The notes: generated by a model from the sequence alone, not told the origin. A DNA stretch of 63,870 bases, filler included, from Octopus bimaculoides (GCF_001194135.2; 8 parts of 8 records of this genome joined end to end with filler, not necessarily neighbours in it); one strand, 5' to 3'. Shown: positions 1 through 12,344, counted from the first letter of the whole stretch. Program-made: numbers and translations.

Positions 1-584
1 ATGTGGTCTTCAAATTCTGTTTCGGCATCATTTTCTTGGCTGTTTTCCCTAGGGTCATTATATTCTCCTTTTTCTTCGGGTTCTTGAGTGGTTTCGGCAG
101 ATGGTCGCCTTTCAGTCAATGCTTGTGGTCCAACGTTCCTCTCCTCTGCTTCATTATTTCTTTCCTGACTTATATTTAGGTCATTCTCTACCGCTTTTTT
201 AATAGAGGTCAATTCTGCATCTGTGAGTCTGGTATTTCTGAGGATATCTCTTCTAACATTTGCTAATCTGTTTTCGTCTAGATTTGGTCTGCTAGCTGGA
301 TTCCGGCTCCTCCAAATTCTGTAGGAGTTTGCGGTGTGATTCTCTTGGGTTGACCTACTTAATGCAAAGTAATAAGCGTATATTACTTCTTTATATTCTA
401 CCCGGTTCCATTTAATTATTTTACAGTTTTGATTTTGTGGTCGTTGTGGTGGTGAACTTTGGGGGCTTAATTTGGGACAAATCCCGTCTAAGTGACCTTC
501 CAGGTTCGTATTCAGGGAAGATATTCTGCCATTTGAAAATTTTTCGTCGTCAGGCTGACAGATTCCTGACTGGCGTGCTTCCAT
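1..584 (-). mobile_element. 5' part of the ORF of an R4/Dong-like (RLE-type) non-LTR retrotransposon; open frame runs off the left edge of the window
   Basis: Manual translation from ATG at 584 gives 194 codons with no stop: MEARQSG...KWNRVEYKEVIYAYYFALS...SYRIWRSRNP...LDENRLANVRRDILRNTRLTDAELTSIKK. This matches the N-terminal KW..E...YY / W...N / E.RLA...R.I motif pattern of R4/Dong-type ORFs. Family assignment is from motif recall. Confidence 0.7.
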
Positions 585-700
585 TATAACCATTGGACAA
601 GCGATTTGGTGAACTGTTTGAATTTTTTTTTAAAGTAAAGTTAAATTATAATTAAAGTTTCATTTTTTTTTTAAAATTTTATTTTACAAATATATTCATC

Positions 701-1075
701 ATTAGCAGCAGCAGCATCACCACCACCACCAGTAGTTGTAGTAGTAGCAACAACATCACTATCAGCAGCAGCAGTGGTAACAGCATATCAGCAGTACCAG
801 TGGCAGTAGTAGCAGCAGCAGCTGCAGCAGCAGTAACAGTAATAGCAACAACAGCGGTGGCAGCAGCAGTAGTAACAGCAACAGCTGCAGTGGTAGTAAT
901 ATCAGTAGTAGTGACAGCAGCAGCAGTGGTAGCAGCAGCAGCAGCAGCAGCAGAGGTAGCAGCAACAGCGCAGTAGTGGTAGCAGCAGCAGTAGTAGTAG
1001 TGGCAGCAGCAACATCAGTAGTAGTAGCAGTAATAGCAGCACCAGTAGTAGTCGCAGTAGTAGTAGTAAGAGCGG
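701..1075. repeat. Compound trinucleotide microsatellite (CAG/TAG/CAC/CAA mix)
   Basis: Directly visible triplet periodicity; source of the poly-Leu and poly-Val/Ala pseudo-ORFs. Confidence 0.95.
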
Positions 1076-1399
1076 CTCATGTATTTTTTTTTCTCCCTTT
1101 TATGAGTGGAATGGAATGGGATCGGTCAAAAAGAGTTCAAATGTTTACTACTACTAGCAGCAAACAATAGCAACAGTGACCTTGACCTTAAGAAAAATTA
1201 AGGACGGGCCGACTTACTCTGTTCTGAATAGAGAAGTTGTGTTCGACCAGAGAGAATTTATTATTATTATTCCACGTGTATTTCTGTTATTGCACATTTC
1301 GGCTAGTCAGGGAGAAAATGAAGATAATATTGTAGAAATTAAAGTTGACTTTTCGAGAGATGTTCTTTTCTATGTCCAGTTTGAGAAAACAGTTGTGTT

Positions 1400-1475
<76 letters not shown>

Positions 1476-1529
1476 GTTGTTGTTGTTGTTGTTGTTATTA
1501 TTATCAGTATTATCATTATTATTTTACAT

Positions 1530-1830
1530 TTTGAACTCGAGGTAGACAGACAATCTCTCCTGACTCCCAATGTTTACCACAGAACATCTTTGGTCTTGCC
1601 CGATTTGAATCTCCTAATGAAATCCAATATGGAACTTTCCCAAGCACATTGCCCAACTGGCAGACAACAGTGAATACTTGCTTACATTCCCTGTGCCAAG
1701 TACCGTTTCTTAGTCTACGCTTGATCTAGTACTTTTGCTCTGTCAATGAGACGAGCTGCAGAAAATCCTCTCTGACAATTGGCGGCCACATCTGCTGCAA
1801 AGAAGAAGTCACTCTCAATTTATTACAAAT
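1530..1830 (-). mobile_element. Decayed Tx1/L1-clade LINE fragment (region upstream of the zf-RVT)
   Basis: Minus translation LVSLTEQKY*IKRRLRNGTWHREC resembles LVSLAELQSWIKQRPRLGEWHREC of the Tx1-like copy at 12345. Confidence 0.55.
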
Positions 1831-3676
1831 TACGTCGCGCTCATGTATACACGACACGTCTGCATAAAACAACCAATCCAAGTAGGCAGACAGCTAAGAT
1901 GCCCTCCGGATTTAAACAAACTCGCCCTGCCACTTAGTTAATGAGCAGTCGTTTACAACTTTTCTTCCGATATTAATAAATCACGTGTACTTGGTAAAGT
2001 ACACCTGCTGTAATACTATCAGTTATAAACAAACGTCGAATACTGAAATCAACAGTGACGTATTACTTATGACTTCATATTATATTTCTTACTTCAACCA
2101 GGGACGGTGCAGCTCCTTATAGCCGATCTATAGATTTGAGGGGGCTCCCATGCTTTAGTCGTAAAATGTTTCCCTCAGTAAATGTGATTCTCGATCTAAC
2201 TCGTTAAGTATACTACAAATAGATTTCTTTAAAAATGAACTTTAAAAAATTCAATGAATGAAAGTTAAAAGGCTAATCCTTATGTAATAACGAACATATT
2301 TAACATCTAATACAACAGTCACGAACATCATATATGTATAAAATTAAAATGATCTGAAAATCCAATGCGTGATGTTCTGAAGATACTATAGAGAAAATAC
2401 ATTCTCGCTTAAGCACGAATAATACTGTGGTAGATGTCGTTGTTGTCTAGCCCATGTAAACTCTGATTGATCAAGTAAAATCAACTCATAAAATTTCCCG
2501 CTGTGGCAATCATGTCTTTTATTTTAGACGTGTATACGAGACAACATTATCTCATTCAAACTCCCAGCATTACAAGAGACGGATCTAATCGAAATGTGAG
2601 GCCGTCGCGAATCTATTAACAAAGTCACACGTTGGCATCTAGCTACAGTTATAATTAAGTGAGTAGTACTTAGGCTGAAAACGATATGGGATTCATATTT
2701 CATGCTACACCATATGAATGATCTTTAAATAAGTAGGGTTTGATTGCAAAACCACACAAGCATATGATATANNNNNNNNNNNNNNNNNNNNNNNNNNNNN
2801 NNNNNNNNNNNNNNNNNNNNNNNNNNNNNNNNNNNNNNNNNNNNNNNNNNNNNNNNNNNNNNNNNNNNNNNNNNNNNNNNNNNNNNNNNNNNNNNNNNNN
2901 NNNNNNNNNNNNNNNNNNNNNNNNNNNNNNNNNNNNNNNNNNNNNNNNNNNNNNNNNNNNNNNNNNNNNNNNNNNNNNNNNNNNNNNNNNNNNNNNNNNN
3001 NNNNNNNNNNNNNNNNNNNNNNNNNNNNNNNNNNNNNNNNNNNNNNNNNNNNNNNNNNNNNNNNNNNNNNNNNNNNNNNNNNNNNNNNNNNNNNNNNNNN
3101 NNNNNNNNNNNNNNNNNNNNNNNNNNNNNNNNNNNNNNNNNNNNNNNNNNNNNNNNNNAACACACACATGTATATATACACACAAAAAAAACAAACCAAG
3201 TGGTTTAGGAATGAAATTTAGGATTTTTCGGTCTCTGCGAATCCATTTTGATAAGACTTTACCCAACTGGTTTGCACCCTATGGCAACACCGCTTTGGTT
3301 TCCATTATTCCGTGTAACGTACTTTCTTTTTTCAGATTCTTCAGTGTGCGGGTGAACCACACTAATAGCTTTTAAATGAAAATAGCCCATCTTCAAAATG
3401 AAGGGTAATGATACATATTAAGCATACATTGAGTATTTATTTAACAGAAAACTATAATAATATTATAACAATGTTAATTCTCTAAGCGAGGTATTAACAT
3501 TAACTGCACAATTAATGTGAAGTATATTGCCACTTAAATGTGGCTGACACCTAGGGGTGGATGTTACTGTTGCTTTTAGCCCCAGGAGGACATCTCCTCC
3601 AGCTGGCTTATCGACACATTCTGTGTCCTGTTTGTTTTGCCAAGGGAAGTTATCCCTCTCATCGTGATCTGTAGCA

Positions 3677-3721
3677 CGAACGGACTCGAGTTTCAGGGTT
3701 ATTTCCCTTCGTCAGCGTCCG
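3677..3721 (-). ncRNA. Minimal type-I hammerhead ribozyme (copy 1)
   Basis: CGGACG-CUGACGA-AGGG(AAAUAA)CCCU-GAAA-CUCGAGUC^CGUUCG: intact core, 6-bp stem I, 4-bp stem II, palindromic stem III ACUCGAGU, GUC cleavage triplet. Confidence 0.85.
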
Positions 3722-3927
3722 AAAAGCAACAGTAACATCCACCCCTAGGGGTCAGCCACATTTAAGTGGCAATATACTTCACATTATCGTGCAGTTACTG
3801 TTAATACCTCGCTTAGAGAATTAACATTGCTTGTTTTCACTTTTTCGATATCAGTGAATAATTTCACTGGAAAAAGATACATAAGTTTTGCCAAGAATTA
3901 GCTTTCTCATCGCAGATCGGTGACTAT

Positions 3928-3972
3928 CGGACGCTGACGAAGGGAAATAACCCTGAAACTCGAGTCCGTTCG
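3928..3972 (+). ncRNA. Minimal type-I hammerhead ribozyme (copy 2, identical to copy 1)
   Basis: Exact reverse complement of 3677-3721; predicted cleavage after C3966. Confidence 0.85.
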
Positions 3973-4174
3973 TGAGGGATAACTTCCCTTGGCAAAACAA
4001 ACAGGACACAGAAGTGTGTCGATAAGCCAGCTGGAGGTGATGTCCTCCTGGGGCTAAAAGCAACAGTAACATCCACCCCTAGGGGTCAGCCACATTTAAG
4101 TGGCAATATACTTCACAATATTATAACATTTATTGACAAAAGGAATAATTTAGCCACATGAGTGTCATTTCGAC

Positions 4175-4830
4175 AGATATCTTAAAAAACTCTATTAGTC
4201 ATGGAATCTGTTTATTTGTTAATAGTAGCGGGTTGGACTGCCTCTGTTCCAGGTTTGATGGTCACCCATAAAACATGTAAATTGGCGTCCATCGGCATAA
4301 AGATCTTTCTATTGATGGACCAAAGATTTTCAATGACGTTGAGATCCGGAGATGCTGGCGGCAACACCGTTAACCTTTCAGCTTGTATGACGTAAGACCC
4401 TAGGAATGTTTGGATGGTCCTTACAGAATGGGAGGGAGCGTTTCTATGTATGAAAACGAGATACTTAGAAGTGACAACACTATGTTATCTAGCCAGGTTC
4501 CAAGACCTTCTGCGGGAAATTACAGTAGACGACTGCGGCCACTTTAATATCGTCAGGCACCCTGACTGGGACAGCAAGTCTGTCCCCAATGATACCAGCT
4601 CAAAACATGACCTCTTCCACCCTGTTGTTGACGTTGTTAACGTTAGTGATGATCATCTACAAAACAGACCCAACCACTAGCCCAAACGTCAGGTTCTACA
4701 AGGGTTGCCATGGATTCGTCAGTGAACAGAACACAACTCATGTCTTACGATTTTTGGGCCCATTATACTTTTGGGCCCATAGAAGCATCAAACCTGCAAA
4801 GAAGCCATAGTCCCGAGGATGCGAATGTGC
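4175..4830 (-). mobile_element. Decayed Tc1-family transposase (DDE domain)
   Basis: Minus translation shows VLFTDES.ATL..PD.W...RQQQGG.GVMF*AGIIG, ..RNAPSHS and LPPASPDLNVIENLWS, with stops and frameshifts. Confidence 0.85.
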
Positions 4831-6229
4831 ACTACAAGAAGGAGAAAATGCAAAAAACAACAAAAAAAGAAACAAACAACGGAGAAAATTTTCCTCAATT
4901 ACAAATGCAAGCACCAAGAAAATTACAGCAGGTGTCTTTCGACTAACAGAGACGAATCAAGTTGGGCTGGCGTGTGTTGAGTAAAAGCCTTGAAGCAGGG
5001 ACGTAGATAAATATCGGAGTTGAAAGTCAGGTGACAGGAATAAGAGATGCTTCGTGTCTGGTAGTTGAGCCAAGATAGAAAGATCATCCTTGACCGAACA
5101 TCGGTCATATCGAAGGGAAGGAGAAAGGTAGGGGACAGAGGGAATGAAGAATTACGGTGAGGACGACAAAGAGGAAAAACCAATCAAAGAGACACAGAGA
5201 AGATACAAGGGAGATAAACAATGAAAAAGAGGAAAATTAAAGGAGAAGTTCAAGAAATATGAGAGAAGGGGGCGAGAAGAAAAAGGATGTAAGGGAGAAG
5301 AAAGTATGAAGAAAGAAGAAAGTAGGAAGAAAGACGGAAGTAGGAAGAAAGAGGAAAGAATTAAGTATGAGGATCACTAAAAGAAGCGTTAAAGAATTCG
5401 CTCAAAATTTCGATATATACTTACTTACAAGACGAGCAAAAGTGTACGTACGCCGTTATATGTACAAATAGATGCAAGAAATGAAAGAAAAGCACATGAT
5501 GACAGAAGACCACGAATGGCCCGTCGTTGTTTTGTCCTGTCCGTCTTTTTGATGTTTCTTTTCTGTCCGTCTTCATATCGTCTATCTGTCTGGATGTTTT
5601 ATTGTCGTCTGTTGCCTTCTTGTTCCATTTTTTAAAATTTATATATACATTTAGCGACATACGCACACATATATAATGCTCTTGGCTTAAATTTTTTGGG
5701 CCATCCAGGTTTGAACAGTTTCAAGTGTAACCGGCCGAAATTGTAAGGATAATCTGGAAACTTGAGAGAAAACCACGAATGACCCATCCTTGTTTTATCC
5801 TGTCTGTCAGTTTATTGTTTTTCCTTCCGTCTTCGTATCATCTATGTGTCCGGATATTTTATTGTCGTCTATTGCGTTCTTCCATTTTATTTTATCTATA
5901 TATACATATAGCAGCGTACGTACACTTTTGCTCACCTTACATGTGTGTATGTCTGTGTGTATGTCTGTATGTGAGTGTGTGTGTATATTTATACATATAA
6001 ATCGGTCAGTTATCCATAAGAATGACAACAAGCGCAAGCTAAAGGAATTATTTGAGCAGTTATATTTTATATAGTTAAGTCGTATGTTGTTGCTTATGAC
6101 AGTGCAGAAATGCACCATTGGTTTGATGTCTACTATTGCACATAACAGTATAGACAACGTCACAAACCTGATGGCCAGAGGCACATATATTCTTTACTAA
6201 TGGAGGCAAAAATACAATCCTTGTCAAGT

Positions 6230-6480
6230 GGCTCTGAAAAATGGCGTAGCTGACAGGGTGGAATCCTTTGCTAAGAGTAGTGCATTTATTACAAATCAAT
6301 GATCATAACAACCTCGCCTAGATCCCAAGTGCCTCCTGGCTAAAACTGTTAAATCAGAAGTCGGGATGGTGGGCAAATATATATTGAGAAACATTAATGA
6401 CGGTGCATGTAAGGCATCATGTCTCTCCTTATGGCGTAAAACCAATGAGGTAATTCCATGCTTTAAGGGAAACCAAAGTA
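6230..6480 (+). mobile_element. Penelope-like (PLE) reverse transcriptase fragment
   Basis: KSSAFIT..DH.. followed by KSEVGMVGKYILRNIN...LSLWRKTNEVIPCFK resembles the PLE RT pattern AFITLKDHK..NP.KSE.G.ISK.IL..IN......QWRNT..VI.WFK. Confidence 0.65.
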
Positions 6481-7398
6481 GAAGAAATATGAACCAGGAA
6501 CCATGTGGTTGGGAAGCAAACTTTTTAGTACACAACTGTGTTGTATATCTCACAATGCATACTCTCTATATGATAGCAATGAGATACTGAGTATCTGAAA
6601 TTGTGTGTTTGCATTTTGAAGAATATACATCTCAAGATAGCAATTCTTGCATTATGAATTTGATTAAAGTTTTATAAAATACAGCTTCATTCAGGTGAAT
6701 CATTTTGTTATAATATTTCTCTTATAAAATCTGACGTGGTTCCGCTATCAAGGACATATCATTGTTCTTCTTCTTTTTTTTCTGTTTTTGCAGTACTGTA
6801 TGGAATATAACTCAAGTTTAAAGATATGGATGTATTCATTTCTCTTTATTGCGAGCACACTTCAAACGACTCGAAAGACGGTGCAAAATTATAACAGCAT
6901 ATAAATGTTTATATCTAATTTATTACTCCAAGATGAATTGATTTATTCCATTGAGATCGAAGCATCAAAACTGAATGTATAGCGACTTGTTAACATAACT
7001 CAACATTTATATTCAACATGCAGTTTAGTGAGAAACAATCTGTGCTTTAGGGATCAAATGCTAAAGAAGCAGATAATGGAGCAGTAAGTTAAAATTTAAA
7101 GGAATACATTTAATTTTGAAATAAAGTATAATACATAAATTAAAAATATATTAAAGATTAACATTAATATATGTTTGTATGAAACGCATTTTAGTAGCTC
7201 AAATAACGTACAACAAGGGACCCAATCAGCATTCTTTGTGGTTTATACCAAATGCTTCATATTCATTTCATACAATTTATTGCCCTAAGCTTACATTTGT
7301 AACGTTAAGTGGTGAATCTCAAGATGGAGCTAATGAAAAACCAGTGATAAAATGAAAAAAAGCAACGATTCTTAAAGTATTTTTCAGGCAATTATGTA

Positions 7399-7458
<60 letters not shown>

Positions 7459-7499
7459 TTCTCTCTCTNNNNNNNNNNNNNNNNNNNNNNNNNNNNNNN

Positions 7500-7533
<34 letters not shown>

Positions 7534-9352
7534 TACAAGCATACATATCATTATGTAAGCGCAACATATATACGTTTATAATTTTGAATACATGGATACA
7601 AACATACGTATCCACTTGTAATACTAACATCAGCAAAAATAAGCTAAATAAATATAGAAGTGATTAAACTCTTCCATAACAGATATCTACTGATACACAA
7701 ACATTAGAAGAAAAATGTAACGTAACTTCGTTTCATGTTCTTTACCTGAGGAATACGAAAACAAACAGCGCTAACACTTTCTTTGGTATACTTATTAATA
7801 ACTTTCCAACTTAATGTAAATACGATAGTAGCTTAAACTGATATATAGTGAAATTCTTGTTCTCCAGGAGATCTAAGCTACTCTAATCTAACAAAAATTA
7901 ACGAATTCACGGAATGTAGAATTGTTGCTGGCAGAATAAAAGAGACACTTAGTTTTCTATATAAAGGAAATCTATCTGTGTTTAAAAATCCTGCTACTGA
8001 ATCTTTGACAAATGACCCAAGGAATAAAGATAGGAAGCTGATATAAAGTCCTTTCCTACACAGTCTAAAAGTAAAGGTATGAAATAAACAAGTTCTAATT
8101 TCAGACATGTTAACGCTAAGTATTCAAAATACAAATGCTATGAGTTTGAAGAACGAAATCAGAACTTTACCTGTCGCAGGATTTCCCACTTTTTGTATGA
8201 AAAGTCATAATGAGAATAAGAATAGCATTAACTCTGAACGTTATAATACTAATACTAAAATCAACATGGATGGAAACAACTCAAATAGTTTATCAAGCCA
8301 ACTAACACTTCATGGAGCTAACACGTTTCTTGTAACTGTTGAACCGATATATTTAATATCCGTTTGAAATTAGTTGCCTTATGAGTGTCGTAATCTACAA
8401 AAATAATATCATTATTGAAACAAGTATTGAATATTATATTGGTTCCCCATCGAAGCTCTTAAATGCCGTTGTAATATGCATTATCACGCACATGATATCA
8501 GAATATATAACAAGTTTGAAGTCTAGAATTACCAATATCAATTCAGAATGGACTGTTATAGGTATGGCCAGAGTCTATACGTGTGACAAAAAAAAATCTA
8601 TGTTTTTCACTATTGAAGGACTTTAGATACTTCTATCAATCGGATAATTTATTGGACGATTGACTGTATAATATTATACAAACCTAGAATTTCCAGACGT
8701 GTTGAAGCCAATAAAACATGTACTAAATGAAACTAATGACAATGCACCAGTTATAAAGTTCACTGTATATATTCCCGTAAGAGAAAATTATAGCGTATTA
8801 TTCAGAACATAATCATACTTCAATAATTGTGTAAACGTGATTCAACGGAAATAGTTGTTAATGCTTGTTTTAACTACGAACTCTTATGTTTGTAGTACAT
8901 AATATACTCATTCGTATACATTTGCTTGCTCATGGATGTAAAGACTTCCAAGGGCCTTGTTTGTCAAAGTCCTTTCGTCGCTATTCACGATTTCCTCAAC
9001 ATATATATTGATAAAGTAAAAGAAAGTGTCTATATACATGCACGCACACATACACATACACGCGTATATACACGCACGCAATTACATACACACGTGCATA
9101 CACACACGCACATGTGAAGAAGCACAGAACTACACAAAATACCACCACTTCTGTTACCATAGCTGCTGAATTCTTCCTGCAATAATAAGAGACACAAAGT
9201 TCACACACATACGCATATAATCAGTTCATACCACACACACAACACACACACAGTTAACATCACCTCCGATCATTTCAGAATGTAACTACATGTGGATTAT
9301 TGACGATTCTTTCCTCTGTCTTCTTCTTCTCCTGAACTTTCCTCTGTCTCCT

Positions 9353-9387
9353 GTTTCTGAAGAAGAGCTTTGCTCGAAACGTAAAAC
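9353..9387 (+). ncRNA. Minimal type-I hammerhead ribozyme (PLE-type)
   Basis: GUUU-CUGAAGA-A-GAGC(UUU)GCUC-GAAA-CGUA^AAAC: 4-bp stem I, 4-bp stem II, palindromic ACGU stem III, GUA triplet. Confidence 0.75.
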
Positions 9388-9554
9388 TAACGTTCTTTCC
9401 TTCCCTAAGCGACTGTTAATACTTTGCAGGTACCACGTACTTGTGTTGTTGTTTTTCTTTTGTTCTTTTCTCCGTTTTCTTTTTATTAATGTATATATAT
9501 ATATATATATNNNNNNNNNNNNNNNNNNNNNNNNNNNNNNNNNNNNNNNNNNNN

Positions 9555-9566
9555 TTAATTAATTAA
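9555..9566. other. Assembly spacer TTAATTAATTAA in 100-bp N blocks (also 18114, 30785, 39777, 47568, 53998, 59448)
   Basis: Identical 12-mer, always centred in N runs, giving stops in all six frames. Confidence 0.95.
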
Positions 9567-9610
9567 NNNNNNNNNNNNNNNNNNNNNNNNNNNNNNNNNN
9601 NNNNNNNNNN

Positions 9611-10720
9611 TACATCCACTTTGTGTAGGTCCTTCAGGCTCTTTGGCAGAATATTAAAAAGCTGTGGTTCCCCTGGAACCCAGACTATTGCAGTGACTGG
9701 TCCTGAAGCGCGATGGCATTGTTGGGATCTTTGATACTGTGCAGTGTCGAGCCGTTCTGGCATTGGTGTAGCTTTCAATGCCAAAATTTGGTACAATCCC
9801 TTCCAGGATCTTCTAGATGTTTATTACTGAATACCTCTCCCGCCTTCGCTCCAGGGAGTAGAGTCTTAACTGTTTCAGCCTTTCCCATTAACTGAGCTGT
9901 TGCAATGAGACGATCTTCTTTGTGAAGCTTCACTGGATTCTTTTAAGTTCCGCTGTTAATTTTACATTGTTGGTTGACCATAGCTGGGAACAGTAATCCA
10001 GGTGGCTAAGGAAGAATGACCTCCAGAGAACCATCATGGTTTCCTTCTCTCTGGTTCTGAACATTGTCAGGATCTATCCAGCCAGTCGTCTGCACTATGT
10101 CACCATCCTGGCAATGTGCATTTGGAAAGAGGTATCATCACTCATGTCGATACCAAAGTCCTGCACGGATTTAGACTCTGGGATTGTAATCCCCTCTGGA
10201 CCAGTGTACCCTGTAAGTTTTATATTCAGTTTTGGACGCTGGTAGCGCAGGGCTTGAGATTTTTCAACAGTAAACTGCATACTATTGTCCTCAGCTCATC
10301 AGCGAATTGAGTCCAATTCTTGATGCAGGTGTGCAGCATTGCTGGTGTTCTGTATTTCCTGCGAGACTTTCGTATCGTCTGCGTAAATACGCTCACATGG
10401 TGTTCCAGTTTCAGAAGGATTTCTTTAATTCATGTGAGGCAATCTTCAAATTAGCCTATGTGGTTTGGAGCATCTGGTGGGCGATATGTATTACATATGA
10501 CTATATTATATTGTCTTATGTATACAATTAGAGTGTCAGATACTGAATTTGAGTATGACAGTAAGACCTGGGGTGTGAGGTCTTCACGGATGGATACAGC
10601 AACTCCACTGTTCGCAGTATGGTGTAATATTTTGGTACGTGTACTTTTGTATTCTCTATATCAGGGTCCAGATGAGTTTCCACGAGTGCTATGTTTAGGG
10701 TTTGATTGCGTGCAGTAAGG
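9611..10720 (-). mobile_element. CR1-clade LINE ORF2 remnant, internally deleted
   Basis: Endonuclease-like GVAVSIRE..IVICNTYRPPD is followed within ~100 nt by IYADDTKV (10371-10385), then MQFTVEKSQALRY, VQDFGIDMSDD and QLFNILPKSLKDL. Confidence 0.85.
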
Positions 10721-11529
10721 TCGCTCAGGAAAAAATTTTGCCTTTGTTGTTGTGAGTCAACAGGACTCCTATATTTAGTAGGAAAAAAAGAAACTATATT
10801 TAAAAAAAAAAGAAATTATAATTTGTATATATTTATTTTATTATAAAAGCAAAACACCACGAAGGAATCGAAAGCTTATATAATAAACCGCGAGGTTACT
10901 GTACATATGTTGAAATGTTCTAAGTTAAATATAAAGGTTTTGTATTGTACAAAGATTAAGTTAAGAATAATTTTGAGTAAATAAAACTTCAACTCAAAGA
11001 ACGGCACCAAAGATCTGTTTGTTAGAAACAGGATTTCAAAGAGGATAGACGACTCATCCCCTTTCTTCCTCTCTTTCTTCTTCTTACTCATGCTTCTTCT
11101 TCTTCTTCTCTTTCTTCTATTTCTTCTTCTTTTCCTTCTATTTCTTCTCATTTTTCTTTTTATGCTATCTCTTTTTCTTCTTTTGATGCTACCTCTTCTT
11201 TTTCTTCTATTTCTTCCCCCTCTTCTCCTCCTCCTTCTTCTTCCTTTTCTTCTTCACTGACTTTCTTTTTTTCTTGACTTTCTTTATCTTTTTCTCTCTC
11301 ATTTCCTTCCTTCTATCTCTTCTCTTCCTTCACCTCCTTATCCTTCTTCTTGTCCCTCTCCTTGTCCTTTTTATTATTTTTCATTCAGTTCTTTCGTTTT
11401 CGTCTTTTTTTTTCCTTAACTTCTCGCCTTCCTTCTTTCCTTCCACTTTCTTTTTCTTCTTTTCTTCTTCTTTTCCGTTTCTTCCTCCTCCTCCCCCTCC
11501 TCCTCGTGCTTATTCTTCTCCATGTTATT

Positions 11530-11735
11530 GTTCTTCTTGATGTCAGCGCAGGACATCCCGAGTCAAGATGGTCTATTGTTTCATCAATTGTATCACAGAA
11601 TCTGCATTTAGCGTTAGAACCGTTTTCATGAACGTTAGCCTGGTAGATTTTGGTAAGTAACCTGTGACCTGGTGCCGCCAATATGAAATCGTCAGTCTCT
11701 GCTAAAAGTCCTGATGGGTTTTCGTGGAGAGTCAT
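11530..11735 (-). mobile_element. R4/Dong-like LINE fragment, CCHC zinc-knuckle region
   Basis: GLLAETDDFILAA..LLTKIYQ....AKCRFCDTIDETIDHLDSGCPAL; ends in a (GAA)n-type tract. Confidence 0.75.
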
Positions 11736-11739
11736 GCGT

Positions 11740-12075
11740 CAGGCATTCGATAAAGGTGGCCTGAGCAATTGACTTGCGCTCTCCTCAACAGTGCGCAAAT
11801 GCTTGACAGATCAGCTCGAGCGAAGATCTGTCTGGGACTGCCAAGTGATTTTCGACAGTTTTCTCATCCAGTTGATGTAGAAGCGGTTTAGCTTTCTGTG
11901 CGTGGTGTTCGTAAATCGTCAAAGACTCACAGGTCTACAGTAGCCTAGGAAGTACAACTGCTTTGTGCACTTTCAATTTGGCAGTCAGCTAAATGTCTCT
12001 TCTTTCGCGACATTGATTCACGTAGCGGCCCTGAATGTTGAGCTTCTCTTGACGGTCATGCGTCGACTTCATCGT
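11740..12075 (-). mobile_element. RTE-clade LINE fragment (post-RT region)
   Basis: LTAKLKVHKAVVLPRLL*TCESLTIYEHHA resembles RTE TKLKVYKAVVLPTLLYACETWTVY..HA. Confidence 0.7.
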
Positions 12076-12344
12076 CAATGTGACAGAGAGAGAGAGAAAG
12101 AGAAAGAGAGATGATAGATGTATCTGTCTATTTATCTATCATTTATTTATCTATCTATCTCTACCTAGCTATCAATATCTAACTACCTATCTATATCTAC
12201 CTACCTATTTTTGCTATATCTATCTATTTATGTATCTCTCTTTCTATCTATCTCTCTTTCTATCTATCTATCTATCTCTCTTTCTATCTATCTATCTATC
12301 TATTTCAATTTCTATCTGTCTATCTATCTATCTATTTCCGTAAG

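Larger units (their letters stand above)
3471..4116. mobile_element. Non-autonomous Penelope-like unit with inverted terminal (pLTR-like) segments and two hammerheads, 12-bp TSD
   Basis: Segments arranged A-B-C' / A' / spacer / C-B'-A'. AATATTATAACA flanks both sides (3459-3470, 4117-4128). Confidence 0.75.

Noticed and set aside
762-1673. Poly-Leu, poly-Ile and poly-Val ORFs that look like membrane proteins
   Set aside because: Direct translations of triplet microsatellites.
9511-9610. Identical TTAATTAATTAA 12-mer recurring seven times
   Set aside because: Always centred in 100-bp N blocks with stops in all frames: a scaffolding spacer, not biology.
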